NCBI GenBank assembly: GCA_024637225.1 | Contig: JAGXFP010000050.1 | Span: 11,905 to 75,904, forward strand | Reading direction: 5' to 3' | Origin: Desulfobacterales bacterium | GTDB lineage: Bacteria > Desulfobacterota > Desulfobulbia > Desulfobulbales > JAGXFP01 | DNA: 64,000 nt | In this document: one piece after another, positions 16,513 to 26,366 of the stretch | Numbering within the stretch: the first letter of the stretch is position 1 | Layout: every line of letters begins with the position of its first letter | The notes under the pieces: model-generated | What the model was told of the DNA's origin: nothing | Seen by the model: only the letters and a program-made list of their open reading frames with translations | Database searches by the model: none | Made by a program: the position numbers and the translations under genes

Positions 16513-18228
16513 TTACTTTATCTTTTCAAAAAAGAACCAGGGAGTGCTGCGGTTGTGGGCGGCCGAGATCACCGCGGTCTGGCCCGGCAGCACGTCAATG
16601 ACTGACGGAAAGCGATAGACGCACCACTGCCAGCCCGAGGCCGTTTTTTTCTCCGAGGGATGGTTTTCAAAGACAACCGAGTCATCCATCTCAAGTTTGA
16701 TCCACTGAATTATTCCACAACAGCGCCCCTCCTTTCGCACCACCACCTCAATCGTTTTTCTTTCGTGGGAGGGGACGCGCTCGGTTTGGCTAAAATCGAA
16801 GAAAAAGGCGGTGGCATCATCGCTCAGCAGTTCTATATCGAGATCGTTTCTGCTGATATATTGTTTCCGGGCAATAATTTCGTTGAATTTGCTCAAGTCG
16901 AAGCCGCATACTTCATCAACTCGAATATTCTGTTCCAGGCCGGCACCGCCGAACAGGGCGAATTGAATGGAGCCGCCGGCCGGAATGATGCGGGCGCCCG
17001 GTTTAAGCAGCCTGCGCCTGGCATCTTCGATGCTGCTCAGCACCCCCTCGCCAAGCAGCTCGCTCGAGAGAATCTCCGAGACCAGCAGGTCGGCCCGATC
17101 ATCCATATCCGTCCCGACTTCCATTTTGGACGACATCTTGGGGATCACCGTCACCGGCGGAGTGCAGCCGTTGTCCGCCAGGATTGCCCGGGCGGTCTCG
17201 GCGATTTCGGCAACCGCCTCGCAGGTTGTCACCTGCCGAGCCCCCAGCCTGCCGGCCATCATGGCAAGCAGGCCTGAGCCCGTCCCGATTTCCAGAACAT
17301 GGCTGTCGGGGGTGACCGCATTTTTCAGGGCGGCAAAATAGGCATCATTACGCCGATGGTCGTTCATCATCGGCGGATGCCATAAGGGAACCAGCCGACT
17401 GAGTGCCTGGTTGAGGCCGTCATGGGCCTTTATCCACAGGGGATCGAGATCGATGCATTGCCGATAACAGGGAATGGCGTCGCTGAATTGTCCCCGTCCC
17501 AGCAGGGTATCACCCAGTCCGCTGCAAGCCCGGGCATAATCCGGCTTGAGCGCGAGGGCCTGCCGAAAAGATTTCTCCGCTTCGTCGAGACGGCGAAGTT
17601 CGAGGAGGACATAGCCCAGGTTGCTGTGGGCTTCGGCAAAATCGGGCTTGATGGTCAGGGCATTCCGGTAGCTTGCCTCCGCCTCGTCCAGGCGTCTGAG
17701 TTCCTTGAGGGCATTACCGAGATTATTGTGGGCCTCGGGAAAATCCCACTGATGGACGAGGGCTTCCCAGTAGCTTGCCACCGCTTCTTCAAGACGTCCG
17801 AGTTCCAGAAGGGTAATGCCGAGATTGCTGTGGGCCTGGGCATATTCGGGATTAAGCGCCAGGGCCTGCCGGTAGCGTGCCTCCGCTTCCGGCAAGCGCC
17901 CGAGTCCCAGGAAAACGCTGCCGAGATTTTGATGCGCCTGGGCATCAGCGGGATCAAGCTCTATGCTTTTCGTCAGGAATTTCAAGGCATCAGCCGGTTT
18001 CCCCAGCATAAGATAAAGATTGCCGAGGGCCTTCCAGCCCAGAGAACTGCCGGGCCACTGTTTGACTGCCTCATGGGCCTTCTGTTCAAAAAGAGGCCAC
18101 GCCCCGGCATTAAACAAATCCACCATTTCCTTGACGAAACCCGCCGGTGGCTCAGGAGTGGCTCCGCCTTTTGGGGGAGAGTGTCTGGAATGATGGCTGC
18201 GCGAGCGATTTTTTTTTATTTTTTTCAT
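16513..18228 (-). CDS. TPR-repeat / class I SAM-dependent methyltransferase fusion, PRMT-like (571 aa)
   Basis: The N-terminal half has about 7 TPR repeats. The C-terminal half carries SAM motif I, VLEIGTGSGLLAMMAGRLGA, followed by a beta-rich domain as in protein arginine methyltransferases. Confidence 0.65.
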   Translation of the reverse strand: MKKIKKNRSRSHHSRHSPPKGGATPEPPAGFVKEMVDLFNAGAWPLFEQKAHEAVKQWPGSSLGWKALGNLYLMLGKPADALKFLTKSIELDPADAQAHQNLGSVFLGLGRLPEAEARYRQALALNPEYAQAHSNLGITLLELGRLEEAVASYWEALVHQWDFPEAHNNLGNALKELRRLDEAEASYRNALTIKPDFAEAHSNLGYVLLELRRLDEAEKSFRQALALKPDYARACSGLGDTLLGRGQFSDAIPCYRQCIDLDPLWIKAHDGLNQALSRLVPLWHPPMMNDHRRNDAYFAALKNAVTPDSHVLEIGTGSGLLAMMAGRLGARQVTTCEAVAEIAETARAILADNGCTPPVTVIPKMSSKMEVGTDMDDRADLLVSEILSSELLGEGVLSSIEDARRRLLKPGARIIPAGGSIQFALFGGAGLEQNIRVDEVCGFDLSKFNEIIARKQYISRNDLDIELLSDDATAFFFDFSQTERVPSHERKTIEVVVRKEGRCCGIIQWIKLEMDDSVVFENHPSEKKTASGWQWCVYRFPSVIDVLPGQTAVISAAHNRSTPWFFFEKIK

Positions 18229-18595
18229 CTTTCCGAACCTCCGCGAAGGGAATGGACTTTACTGCAAGGGATCTGGTCCTGAATGATGTATCCGGCCGCA
18301 GAACAGCCAAATTAGTGCACAACAATTAAAACGGAATTTCTATGACTTACTTTTAACAAGGTGCAATGCAACAAAGTGCCTTGTCAAGAAATTCAAAAAA
18401 ATGAAGGGATTTATTGAGGGATTTCGCTATTGCGATGAAATATATTCTGATCGGCCCGGCGGCAGTTGCGCGCTCTCCGGTGAGGCGTTTCCCGGTCCCC
18501 AGAAGCAGTCAAGACTCGGGGGCCGCGCGTCCAAGAGTCAACCCTCCAGACCGCATCGGAATATATCTTCATGCGCAAACCAGCCCCTGAAGAGC

Positions 18596-19768
18596 TCACT
18601 GCTTGAGATGAAAGCCGGCGTCGTTTAACTCAAAGGCGCGGTAGCCTGCATACTTTTGCGGATCGAGGGGATAATCCCAGCAGCCCTGCCGATGGTAGAT
18701 CTCGCCCCCGAAGCCGGTTTTGAACCTGTAGAGGCCGTACATGGGATGGGCCGGTTCGGCCGCAGGGGCCACCCCGAACATGTCGTAGTAGCGGCAGCCC
18801 TTCTCCTTGGCCAGGCGAATCGCCTCCCACTGTAGCGCGTAGGTCCCCATTTTATTACGATTTTCAGCCGAGGAGGCGCCGTAAAGGTACACTGCCTGGT
18901 CGGCCGAAATGGCCAGAAACATCCCGGCCAGACAGTCGCCCTCCGCTTCGGCAAGCAGGAGATGCAGTGAAATATTATGGTCCGCCAGGGAGCGCCTGGC
19001 TTCGAGCATGGCTTGGAAATAGCGTTTGTCATGGACGACGATATTATTGCGCAAGGCGGTTTCCCGGTAGAGCTTGAACCAGAGCTCGAGTTCCCGGCCC
19101 CCGGCTTCAACCACCCGCACGCCTTTTCGCCGGGAAAGCCCGATATTGTAACGGGTTTTGGCCCGCATCCGCCCCAGGATATCCTTCTTGCCTTCCTGCA
19201 AATCCATGAAAAGAGTATTGGTCGGCAGAATATTGGTCGGGGCCTTGCGCAGGTTCTTGGCACTGGTCTCCATGTTCATCCGTATTTCCTGGATTTGCTC
19301 CCGGGGCGGTCCCTGCCACTCGGAGCAGCTGTTATAACAATCAGGGTCATCGGCCCAGGGGGATTGCCAGGGCAGATCGTAACGGATCAAGAAGCAGTCG
19401 GCCGGCAGAGAAGGGCGCAACCCCTCGGAGAGTTCCTCAAGAAAACAACCCTGCAACTCCTCCGGCGGTTCAAACCTGGGTCCGTAAGGCACATGGGCGA
19501 TCAACTTGTTTGGCCCCGCGGAGCGCAGGATGACAAGGATGTCGGTCGCCTGGCCACCGACGGCGATCTCCGAAGCCGTTCCTCCCTCGGCACAAATCCG
19601 CACATCAAAGGCCGCCGCCGTACAGCCCTGCATCTCCTTGACCTTGCCCCAGAAGGCGGTTTGCTGGAGGAGGGGGCCGGTTTCGACTATATCTTTGTTT
19701 TTGGGGGTAAGACCAACTAGCATAAGTTCCGTTTCCTGCTTTGTTTTTCGATGAACAAAGCCGAACAC
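18596..19768 (-). CDS. FemAB-family (aminoacyl-tRNA-dependent peptidyltransferase-like / GNAT-fold) protein
   Basis: The C-terminal region ...AVYLYGASSAENRNKMGTYALQWEAIRLAKEKGCRYYDMFGV... is characteristic of the FemAB family. Confidence 0.6.
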   Translation of the reverse strand: MFGFVHRKTKQETELMLVGLTPKNKDIVETGPLLQQTAFWGKVKEMQGCTAAAFDVRICAEGGTASEIAVGGQATDILVILRSAGPNKLIAHVPYGPRFEPPEELQGCFLEELSEGLRPSLPADCFLIRYDLPWQSPWADDPDCYNSCSEWQGPPREQIQEIRMNMETSAKNLRKAPTNILPTNTLFMDLQEGKKDILGRMRAKTRYNIGLSRRKGVRVVEAGGRELELWFKLYRETALRNNIVVHDKRYFQAMLEARRSLADHNISLHLLLAEAEGDCLAGMFLAISADQAVYLYGASSAENRNKMGTYALQWEAIRLAKEKGCRYYDMFGVAPAAEPAHPMYGLYRFKTGFGGEIYHRQGCWDYPLDPQKYAGYRAFELNDAGFHLKQ

Positions 19769-19874
19769 AGTAAATCACCCTGCCCCATTTGTCAAAAACG
19801 ATGAATTCCCGAGAAATCCCGAAGGCCGAGTCGCTTGCGCGAGGGGCAAAACCGGCTATATGCAGGCTTATATA

Positions 19875-19990
19875 CCTGAATCCGTGAGCGTTCGAGAACG
19901 GTGTAGATGCAAGGCGGCAACGATGTTGATAATACTATTGGTATATCAACGAGTTGCCAACGCGGCAGATGCGCCGTTATCGGGCGCCCC
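19875..19990. repeat. Long imperfect hairpin element (family C)
   Basis: cctgaatccgtgagcgttcgagaacggtgtagatgc...ggcaacgatgttgata[loop]tatcaacgagttgcc...gcagatgcgccgttatcgggcgc. Its left end recurs at 21448-21473. Confidence 0.5.
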
Positions 19991-20087
19991 GCAGGGCTGC
20001 GGGGTGAACCATGGCAATCCAGGGAAAAACGATTATTTTATGCAATTACAAACTGATAGAGGAATTCCCCGCGAAGCCGTCACGGAT

Positions 20088-21233
20088 TCAGGATATAATG
20101 ATCAGCGGCACATAAAGCTCATCGGCCGACAAGCCGCCGTGCACTCCGATCAGTTGTGATTTTTTTTCAGAGAGCAACCGGTCTCTGATAATGTAATCTT
20201 CTCTCATCAATAAAGCATATTCGCCGATCCTTTCTTCCAGCCGCGGGGAGCAGCGGCCCAGCCCGAAATATCCTTCCTGGATCATCTCCCTGCTCTTTTT
20301 AAGCTCGCAGGCAAAGGCGAGTTCCCCGGCAACATATCGTTCGAAATCCTCCCGGCGATCCGAACGTACATAGCAGTAGGCGCAACGCGGCTCTCCGCAC
20401 AGAGGCAGGGTCAGCGTCTCCGCCAGACGGGGATGTTCTTCCAGGTCAATGATCCGCTCAGGGGATGAATCGATCAGACCGTGATCGGCGCAGACCATCA
20501 CAGCCGTCCCGCCACCCGCCAGCCGGGGCAGCGATTCACTGCAGCAGCGATCCAACTCCAGGAAAAGCTCCCTGGCCGCGGGGCTCGATATCCCATGCTC
20601 GTGGGCCAGGCTGTCCAGATGCGGCCAATAGCCGACGATCAAACCGTTACTGTTCCGGGCCGCGAGCTCCTCAAGCTTCCCGAACAATCCCGCCAGATCA
20701 TGGTATCCATGCCTGCCGGCGCTCCCCGACAGTGATTGACTGTAGACCGAGTCGACCAGGGGGCCCGGCAGGACCACGTGACAGGAGCCGGCAAGATCGG
20801 AGAGCTGCGACCTGGCGTCAATCAGCTGTTCCGGCGATATCCCGACCTGAAAAAAATCGGCGCCGCCGAAGCGCGGCTCAAAAGGCAGCACCGTGGCCAC
20901 CGTACCAAGTTCCCGGAAATAGGTATACCAGCCGGTGATGCCGTGCTGCTGAGAGGCGACACCGGTGAAAAAGCTGGTCATCGCCGTGGCCGTGGTGGGC
21001 GGAAAAACCGAAGAGAGCCGGCCCCGGCGATGGCGGCAGAGAAAGCTGTCCGGATGTTTTTTCAGGAAATTATCCCCAAGCCCGTCGATAATCAGCAACA
21101 CAACCGTCCGCCCGGGGAGCTTCAGGGAGTCAAGCTCGGCAAGGGGCGGGTAACCTGGCACCTTGCGGCCCTTGGCTTTGTACAGGGAGACGGCAAGATT
21201 GACTATGCTGTTTTGGTAGTCGGGCTTTAACAT
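20088..21233 (-). CDS. Alkaline-phosphatase-superfamily protein (nucleotide pyrophosphatase/phosphodiesterase-like)
   Basis: VVLLIIDGLGDNF (metal-binding Asp), FPPTTATAMTSFFTG (nucleophile Thr region), VCADHGLID and GVHGG motifs. Confidence 0.6.
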   Translation of the reverse strand: MLKPDYQNSIVNLAVSLYKAKGRKVPGYPPLAELDSLKLPGRTVVLLIIDGLGDNFLKKHPDSFLCRHRRGRLSSVFPPTTATAMTSFFTGVASQQHGITGWYTYFRELGTVATVLPFEPRFGGADFFQVGISPEQLIDARSQLSDLAGSCHVVLPGPLVDSVYSQSLSGSAGRHGYHDLAGLFGKLEELAARNSNGLIVGYWPHLDSLAHEHGISSPAARELFLELDRCCSESLPRLAGGGTAVMVCADHGLIDSSPERIIDLEEHPRLAETLTLPLCGEPRCAYCYVRSDRREDFERYVAGELAFACELKKSREMIQEGYFGLGRCSPRLEERIGEYALLMREDYIIRDRLLSEKKSQLIGVHGGLSADELYVPLIIIS

Positions 21234-21245
21234 TTGGCGGACACC

Positions 21246-21350
21246 GATGGCTTAGCAAAAAGTCGCCAGTTCCTTGCGTTGCTGCAGATTGTCGCATCAT
21301 TGCAGCATACTGAAGTAGGCTTCATATGACGCCTTTCTGCGACGCCATCA
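21246..21350 (-). repeat. Inverted copy of the family A repeat (see 33871-34272)
   Basis: gcaaaaagtcgccagttccttgcgttgctgcagattgtcgcatcattgcagcatactgaagtaggcttcat matches the reverse complement of the tandem unit over about 85 nt. It is followed by a direct-orientation ...ctttctgcgacgccatc end. Confidence 0.6.
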
Positions 21351-21779
21351 ATTATCGTGAAAAAAACAGACCTTACCGACAAGGATAACTTCCCTCGCAT
21401 CGCTTAACCATGATTTTTTTATCGACCCCCGGGTGGTTATCGTTTATCTGAAGCCGTGAGCGTTCAAGAACAGCGCGGATCCACAATCTTCGTTATTTCA
21501 AAATCGGGGAATTCTCACCCACTCGAATAGCCGAATTTATAAATTCGGCATCATTCCGGCCATCGATATCGCTACCGAAACCTCTGAGTTAACCTGACCG
21601 CCTAAGACGTTTTTTTGCTTCACAAGCTTTGCGGAGGGAAGATATACTTAGCAAGGAAGTCACGATGACGGAAAACGCCGGTTTCGGCGAAGCGGGTTAC
21701 GGTGGCACTACCGGCCGATTCGGAGAACAGCTCTTCGCTATTCCCGCAACTCAAAGGAAATATGAGGGAGAGAACAAAC

Positions 21780-23825
21780 ATGTCCCCGCAAAATGCGAAC
21801 CATTCAGGTCACGGCCGAAACAGCAGCGGACAAGGCAATAATCACAACCAGGACAACCATTCGGGTCAGCAGAGCCATCACGCCATGATGGTGGCCGATT
21901 TCCGGCGCCGGTTCTGGATCTCCCTGGTCCTGAGCATTCCGATTATAGTTCTCGCCCCTTTGATCCAGGGGCTTCTCGGGGTCGAGGAGGCATGGAGTTT
22001 CCCGGGAGACAGCTACGTGCAGTTCGGGCTGTCCTCCATCGTTTTTTTCTATGGGGGCTGGCCTTTCCTGACCGGTCTGGCCGATGAGTTGAAGAAAAAA
22101 GAACCGGGGATGATGACCCTGATCGGTCTCGCCATCACTGTCGCTTACGTCTACAGTTCCGCCGTGGTCTTCGGGCTGGCCGGCAAGTTTTTTTTCTGGG
22201 AAATCGCCACCCTGATTGATGTGATGCTGCTCGGCCACTGGTTCGAAATGAAATCGGTGATGGGCGCCTCGGGGGCCCTTGAAGAGCTGGTCAAAATGAT
22301 GCCCTCCGAGGCCCACCGTCTGACCGGCGAAGGCAAAACCGAGGATGTGCCGGTGACCGAGCTGAAGAAAGAGGACCGGGTTCTGGTCAAGCCCGGCGAG
22401 AAGATCCCCACCGACGGAAAAATTATCGAGGGACACACCTCGGTGAACGAATCGATGCTGACCGGGGAGAGCAAGCCGATCGAGAAACAGCAGGGCGACG
22501 AGGTGATCGGCGGGGCGGTCAACGGGGAATCGACCATCACCATCGAGGTCGGCAAGACCGGCAAGGACACATATCTCTCCCAGATCGTCGATATCGTCAG
22601 GAAGGCCCAGGAATCGCGTTCCAGGAGCCAGGATCTGGCCAACCGGGCCGCCTTCTGGCTGACGGTCCTCTCCCTCTCCGTCGGCACCGTCACCCTCCTG
22701 ACCTGGCTCTTCGTCGGCAAGGCGTTAGACTTTTCCCTGGAACGAATGGTCACGGTCATGGTTATCACCTGCCCCCACGCCCTGGGCCTCGCCGTGCCGC
22801 TGGTGGTGGCGGTCTCCACATCCCTCGCCGCTGGGCAGGGCCTGCTGATCCGGGACCGGTCCGCCTTCGAACGGGCCAGGTTGATTGATTCGATTGTCTT
22901 CGACAAAACCGGCACCCTGACCAAAGGGGAGTTCGGGGTCGACGAAATCGTCAGCCTGGGTGAAAGGGAGGAAGAGGAGATCCTCCGTCTGGCCGCGGCC
23001 GTGGAGGCTAATTCGGAACACCCGATCGCCGCCGGCATCGTCAACAAAGCCGAGCAGAATGATCTTGATTTTCCCCAGGCTCGGGACTTTCACGCCATAA
23101 CCGGCAAGGGCGGTGAGGCGACCGTGGAAGAGAGAAACGTCAAAGTGGTCAGCCCCGGCTATCTGAAGGAAAAACGGATCGACTTCCCCGAGGAAAAACT
23201 CCGGAGCATCGCCGAAAAAGGCAAGACCGCGGTCTTCGTCCTGGTCGACGACCAACCGTGGGGTATTATCGGCCTGGCTGATATAATCAGGGAGGAATCC
23301 AGGGAGACCGTCAGGCAGTTAAAGGAAATGGGAGTCCGGGTGATGATGCTGACCGGCGACAGCGAGGCCGTCGCCGCGTCGGTTGCCAAGGAACTGGGCC
23401 TGGACGATTACTTTGCCGAGGTGCTGCCCGACAAGAAGGCGGAAAAGATCAGGGAAGTCAAGGCCGGAGGAGGCGTCACCGCCATGGTCGGCGACGGGGT
23501 CAACGATGCCCCCGCCCTGGTTGAAGCAGATGTGGGTATCGCCATCGGGGCCGGCACCGATGTGGCCATGGAGGCCGCCGACATCGTCCTGGTCCGCTCC
23601 GATCCCAGGGACGTGCTGGCGATCTCCAGACTGGCCCGGGCCACCCACGCCAAAATGATCCAGAATCTCTGGTGGGCGACGGGCTACAATGCCGTCGCCA
23701 TTCCGCTGGCCGCCGGGGTCCTCTACCCAATAGGCTTCGTCCTGCCGCCGGCGGTGGGCGCCCTGGTCATGAGCCTGTCGACGATCATCGTCGCCATCAA
23801 CGCCAAACTCCTGAAAACGGCATAA
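21780..23825 (+). CDS. copB: Copper-translocating P1B-type ATPase of CopB type, with a His-rich N-terminus
   Basis: [15 protein letters not shown] and TGES motifs. The transmembrane CPH motif ([13 protein letters not shown]) is present. N-terminus [30 protein letters not shown]. The start is set at the ATG preceded by GAGGGAGAG. Confidence 0.9.
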   Translation: MSPQNANHSGHGRNSSGQGNNHNQDNHSGQQSHHAMMVADFRRRFWISLVLSIPIIVLAPLIQGLLGVEEAWSFPGDSYVQFGLSSIVFFYGGWPFLTGLADELKKKEPGMMTLIGLAITVAYVYSSAVVFGLAGKFFFWEIATLIDVMLLGHWFEMKSVMGASGALEELVKMMPSEAHRLTGEGKTEDVPVTELKKEDRVLVKPGEKIPTDGKIIEGHTSVNESMLTGESKPIEKQQGDEVIGGAVNGESTITIEVGKTGKDTYLSQIVDIVRKAQESRSRSQDLANRAAFWLTVLSLSVGTVTLLTWLFVGKALDFSLERMVTVMVITCPHALGLAVPLVVAVSTSLAAGQGLLIRDRSAFERARLIDSIVFDKTGTLTKGEFGVDEIVSLGEREEEEILRLAAAVEANSEHPIAAGIVNKAEQNDLDFPQARDFHAITGKGGEATVEERNVKVVSPGYLKEKRIDFPEEKLRSIAEKGKTAVFVLVDDQPWGIIGLADIIREESRETVRQLKEMGVRVMMLTGDSEAVAASVAKELGLDDYFAEVLPDKKAEKIREVKAGGGVTAMVGDGVNDAPALVEADVGIAIGAGTDVAMEAADIVLVRSDPRDVLAISRLARATHAKMIQNLWWATGYNAVAIPLAAGVLYPIGFVLPPAVGALVMSLSTIIVAINAKLLKTA

Positions 23826-23834
23826 AAGAGGCGA

Positions 23835-24062
23835 TCATTCCCCGGGAAGATATTGCTCCTCGAGTTTCTTAAGCTCGGCGAGATTGTCGATGAGATGGAC
23901 GGTTTCCACAACCCCGTCGGAATACTCCTTATTTAGACGCACCTTGCCCCCTTTGTCGAGGGCTTCCCGAGCCGCGGCAAACCGCTCTCGGACAGATTGC
24001 CGCTCTTTGCCCTCTCTGGCGGATTGCAGCTCCGATACTTTCAGAATATATTCCTGTCCCAT
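23835..24062 (-). CDS. Small hypothetical protein (75 aa)
   Basis: An ORF with AGAGGTGG immediately upstream of the ATG. Charged and helical, with no recognisable motif. Confidence 0.35.
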   Translation of the reverse strand: MGQEYILKVSELQSAREGKERQSVRERFAAAREALDKGGKVRLNKEYSDGVVETVHLIDNLAELKKLEEQYLPGE

Positions 24063-24181
24063 AACCACCTCTGCTCACTTTCCATGAATTATATATGGGC
24101 CATTTTGCCCATATAAACCTGTAATTACCGTTTACCAGTCCGTGATTGGGATGGAGAGATTCTCACGGCTCAGGCTGTTAA

Positions 24182-24344
24182 CTAGTGTCTGTCCAGGAAT
24201 GAGGACTTTTCTTCGAGAACGAGAAGCAAGGATGTCGGAAAAGCACCCTAAAAGGCATAAACTTCACATACTTGGGTACGTGAGCACTTTCCGACTCTGC
24301 AACCGACGAAGTTCTCGGCAAAAAGACTTTTATGGATAGACACT
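24182..24344. repeat. MITE-like element with terminal inverted repeats (family B, copy 1)
   Basis: Termini are ctagtgtctgtcc...ggatagacact. About 120 nt are shared with 61036-61181 (cgagaacgagaagcaaggatgtcggaaaagc ... gtacgtgagcactttccgactc.gc...gacgaagtt.tcgg.caaaaagact). Confidence 0.7.
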
Positions 24345-24476
24345 CTAATTGTCACATCGATCGGCCAGGCAATTCAAGCGGAGCCGAGCGATGCAATAAA
24401 ATCCTGACTGACAGGACAATTCTTATTCGGCAAGACACCGAAGTTTGCCGACTTCGCACCTCTTCCACTTGAAAAC

Positions 24477-25946
24477 CTACTTACCCTTGGCGACGGTTGT
24501 CGGGCTCAGGTTGTATTTTTTCAGCAGGGCATAGAGCCTTGAGCGTGATATATCGGCAATCTCGCAGGCCCGGCTGACATTGCCGGAACAGGAATTGAGC
24601 AGATCGTCCAGGTATTCCTTTTCCAGCCCGGTCAGGGTGTTTTCCCGAGCCTTTTGGAGAGTGGGAAAAATCTGCCGGCCCTCGTCTCTATTCCCTTTTC
24701 CCCATTCGTCCTGATTAGATGCTCTTTTACAGAGGTTATCGATAGCCTGGACCCGAATGTTGATCGGCAGATGCATCGGCAGGAGAATTTCGCTGTCCGA
24801 GGCTGCGGCGATGGCTCGTTCGATAACATTGAAAAGCTCACGGACATTGCCGGGCCAGCCATAGCGCCGGAGCACGACCAGATACTCGGCCGAAAAGCGC
24901 TTGGTCTTCAGCCGTTTTGCCGCGCAATATTTATTCATGAAAAAGTAGGCAAGTTCGGCCAGATCACCCCGCCGGCTGCGCAAGTTAGGCAGATCGATCT
25001 GGAAGGTTTTCAACCGGAAGAGCAGATCCTCCCGGAATCGTTTCTCAGCGACAAGTTGGTGCAGATCTTTGTTGGTAGCGGCAATAACCCGAAAATCAAC
25101 CCGAATGGTACTGCTGCCGCCGACCGGGCGCAGGGTGCGCTCCTGGAGAACGCGAAGTAGTTTTTTCTGCACGTCCAGGGGCAATTCGCCGATCTCGTCC
25201 AGAAACAGGGTCGACAGATGGGCCTGCCGGATCAGACCTTCACTGGCACGATCGGCTCCGGTAAAGGCGCCCCGGACATGACCGAACAAAATACTCTCCA
25301 CCAGATTTTCCGGCAGGGATGCACAATCGACCACAACCATTTCCTTTTCGCTTCTGGAACTTATGGCATGGGTTGCCTGGGCGAACAGCTCTTTGCCGGT
25401 CCCCGATTCACCGGTGATCAGGACATTGGCGTCGGAGGGACCCGCTTTTACTACCAGATCGATGCACTCCTGGATGGCCGGACTGTTGCCAACGATTCCC
25501 TCGCTTCTGAAATGATCAAAGGCGGCAACATCCTCCGTTTTCACGTTTTCTCCGGCGGTGCGCCGATATTCCAGGATGTTTTTAAAGGAGCCGAGCAGGT
25601 CGGCCTCGGACTCGGATTCGATGATATAGTCCCAAACCCCGTTCTTGAGAAGCTTTTCGGCGGAGAGCGGATCCTTGCCGGGCCCGACGACGACAATAAC
25701 CGGTTTACCGGGCGATTCCGCCAGGCGGGCAACAATCTCTCCGGCGTAACCATCGGGCATATACTCCCGCAAGAGCACAATATCGAAACGGTCGGAAGAA
25801 AGCTTAAGCAGACCCTCGTTGATCCGCGGGACATGGGTGATTCGATACCCCTGGCAATCGGCCAGGGAGGAAATGCTCCGATAGAAATTCCGCTCGTGGT
25901 CCACCACCAGAATTCTACCTTGCAATAAGTCTTTTTTACCTGTCAT
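24477..25946 (-). CDS. Sigma54-dependent transcriptional activator (NtrC family) with a degenerate receiver domain
   Basis: AAA+ sigma54-interaction domain (GESGTGKE, GAFTGA, ...FLDEIGEL...). C-terminal Fis-type HTH. The N-terminal receiver-like domain lacks the phospho-acceptor Asp (VLLREYMPDG). Confidence 0.9.
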   Translation of the reverse strand: MTGKKDLLQGRILVVDHERNFYRSISSLADCQGYRITHVPRINEGLLKLSSDRFDIVLLREYMPDGYAGEIVARLAESPGKPVIVVVGPGKDPLSAEKLLKNGVWDYIIESESEADLLGSFKNILEYRRTAGENVKTEDVAAFDHFRSEGIVGNSPAIQECIDLVVKAGPSDANVLITGESGTGKELFAQATHAISSRSEKEMVVVDCASLPENLVESILFGHVRGAFTGADRASEGLIRQAHLSTLFLDEIGELPLDVQKKLLRVLQERTLRPVGGSSTIRVDFRVIAATNKDLHQLVAEKRFREDLLFRLKTFQIDLPNLRSRRGDLAELAYFFMNKYCAAKRLKTKRFSAEYLVVLRRYGWPGNVRELFNVIERAIAAASDSEILLPMHLPINIRVQAIDNLCKRASNQDEWGKGNRDEGRQIFPTLQKARENTLTGLEKEYLDDLLNSCSGNVSRACEIADISRSRLYALLKKYNLSPTTVAKGK

Positions 25947-26244
25947 GGAAAGGCCTTACCATCCGTTACATTTATCATGAAATTTCATCCCCGAACAGCC
26001 CGCTAAACGACTCCGGTGGAGCACCACTGAACAGGGATTCTCATTCGAGTATAGCAAAGAATGATCTTCCGGGTAAAAGTATTACTAAAATTAAAAACAC
26101 CCCTGAATCCTTGACCTAAGGAGTAAAAATGCGCCTCGCCCCGGAAGATCGGTTTGGATGCCCGCGGGCACGAGTAACGGCCCGGATGCAAAACGAGCCG
26201 GGCGGGGCGCTGGCCGAAAGCCGTCATCGTTAAATAAACCCGAA

Positions 26245-26260
26245 TGGCATGAAAATCGCA
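26245..26260 (+). promoter_or_regulatory. Candidate sigma54 (-24/-12) promoter
   Basis: TGGCATgaaaaTCGCA has the GG-N10-GC spacing. It lies about 105 nt upstream of the 26367 start and is divergent from the sigma54 activator gene. Confidence 0.45.
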
Positions 26261-26366
26261 AAAACCCCATGGTAGCTTAGTTCAGTTGTCTGATCGATCC
26301 CGCCTGAACATCCGATTTAAAATTTGCAGGGGGGTCGGCTTAAAGGTTTTATCGCGGTGAACTGTA

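Noticed and set aside
18229-18595. ORFs 18401-18628(+) and 18411-18599(-) in the spacer between the TPR-methyltransferase and FemAB-like genes.
   Set aside because: They have no ribosome-binding site, low-complexity translations and mutual overlap. I treat the region as non-coding.
21600-21660. Possible MerR/CueR-type copper-responsive promoter upstream of copB (TTGCTT...TATACT).
   Set aside because: The spacer between the putative -35 and -10 is about 22 nt rather than 19-20. I found no convincing dyad symmetry of the CueR-box type.
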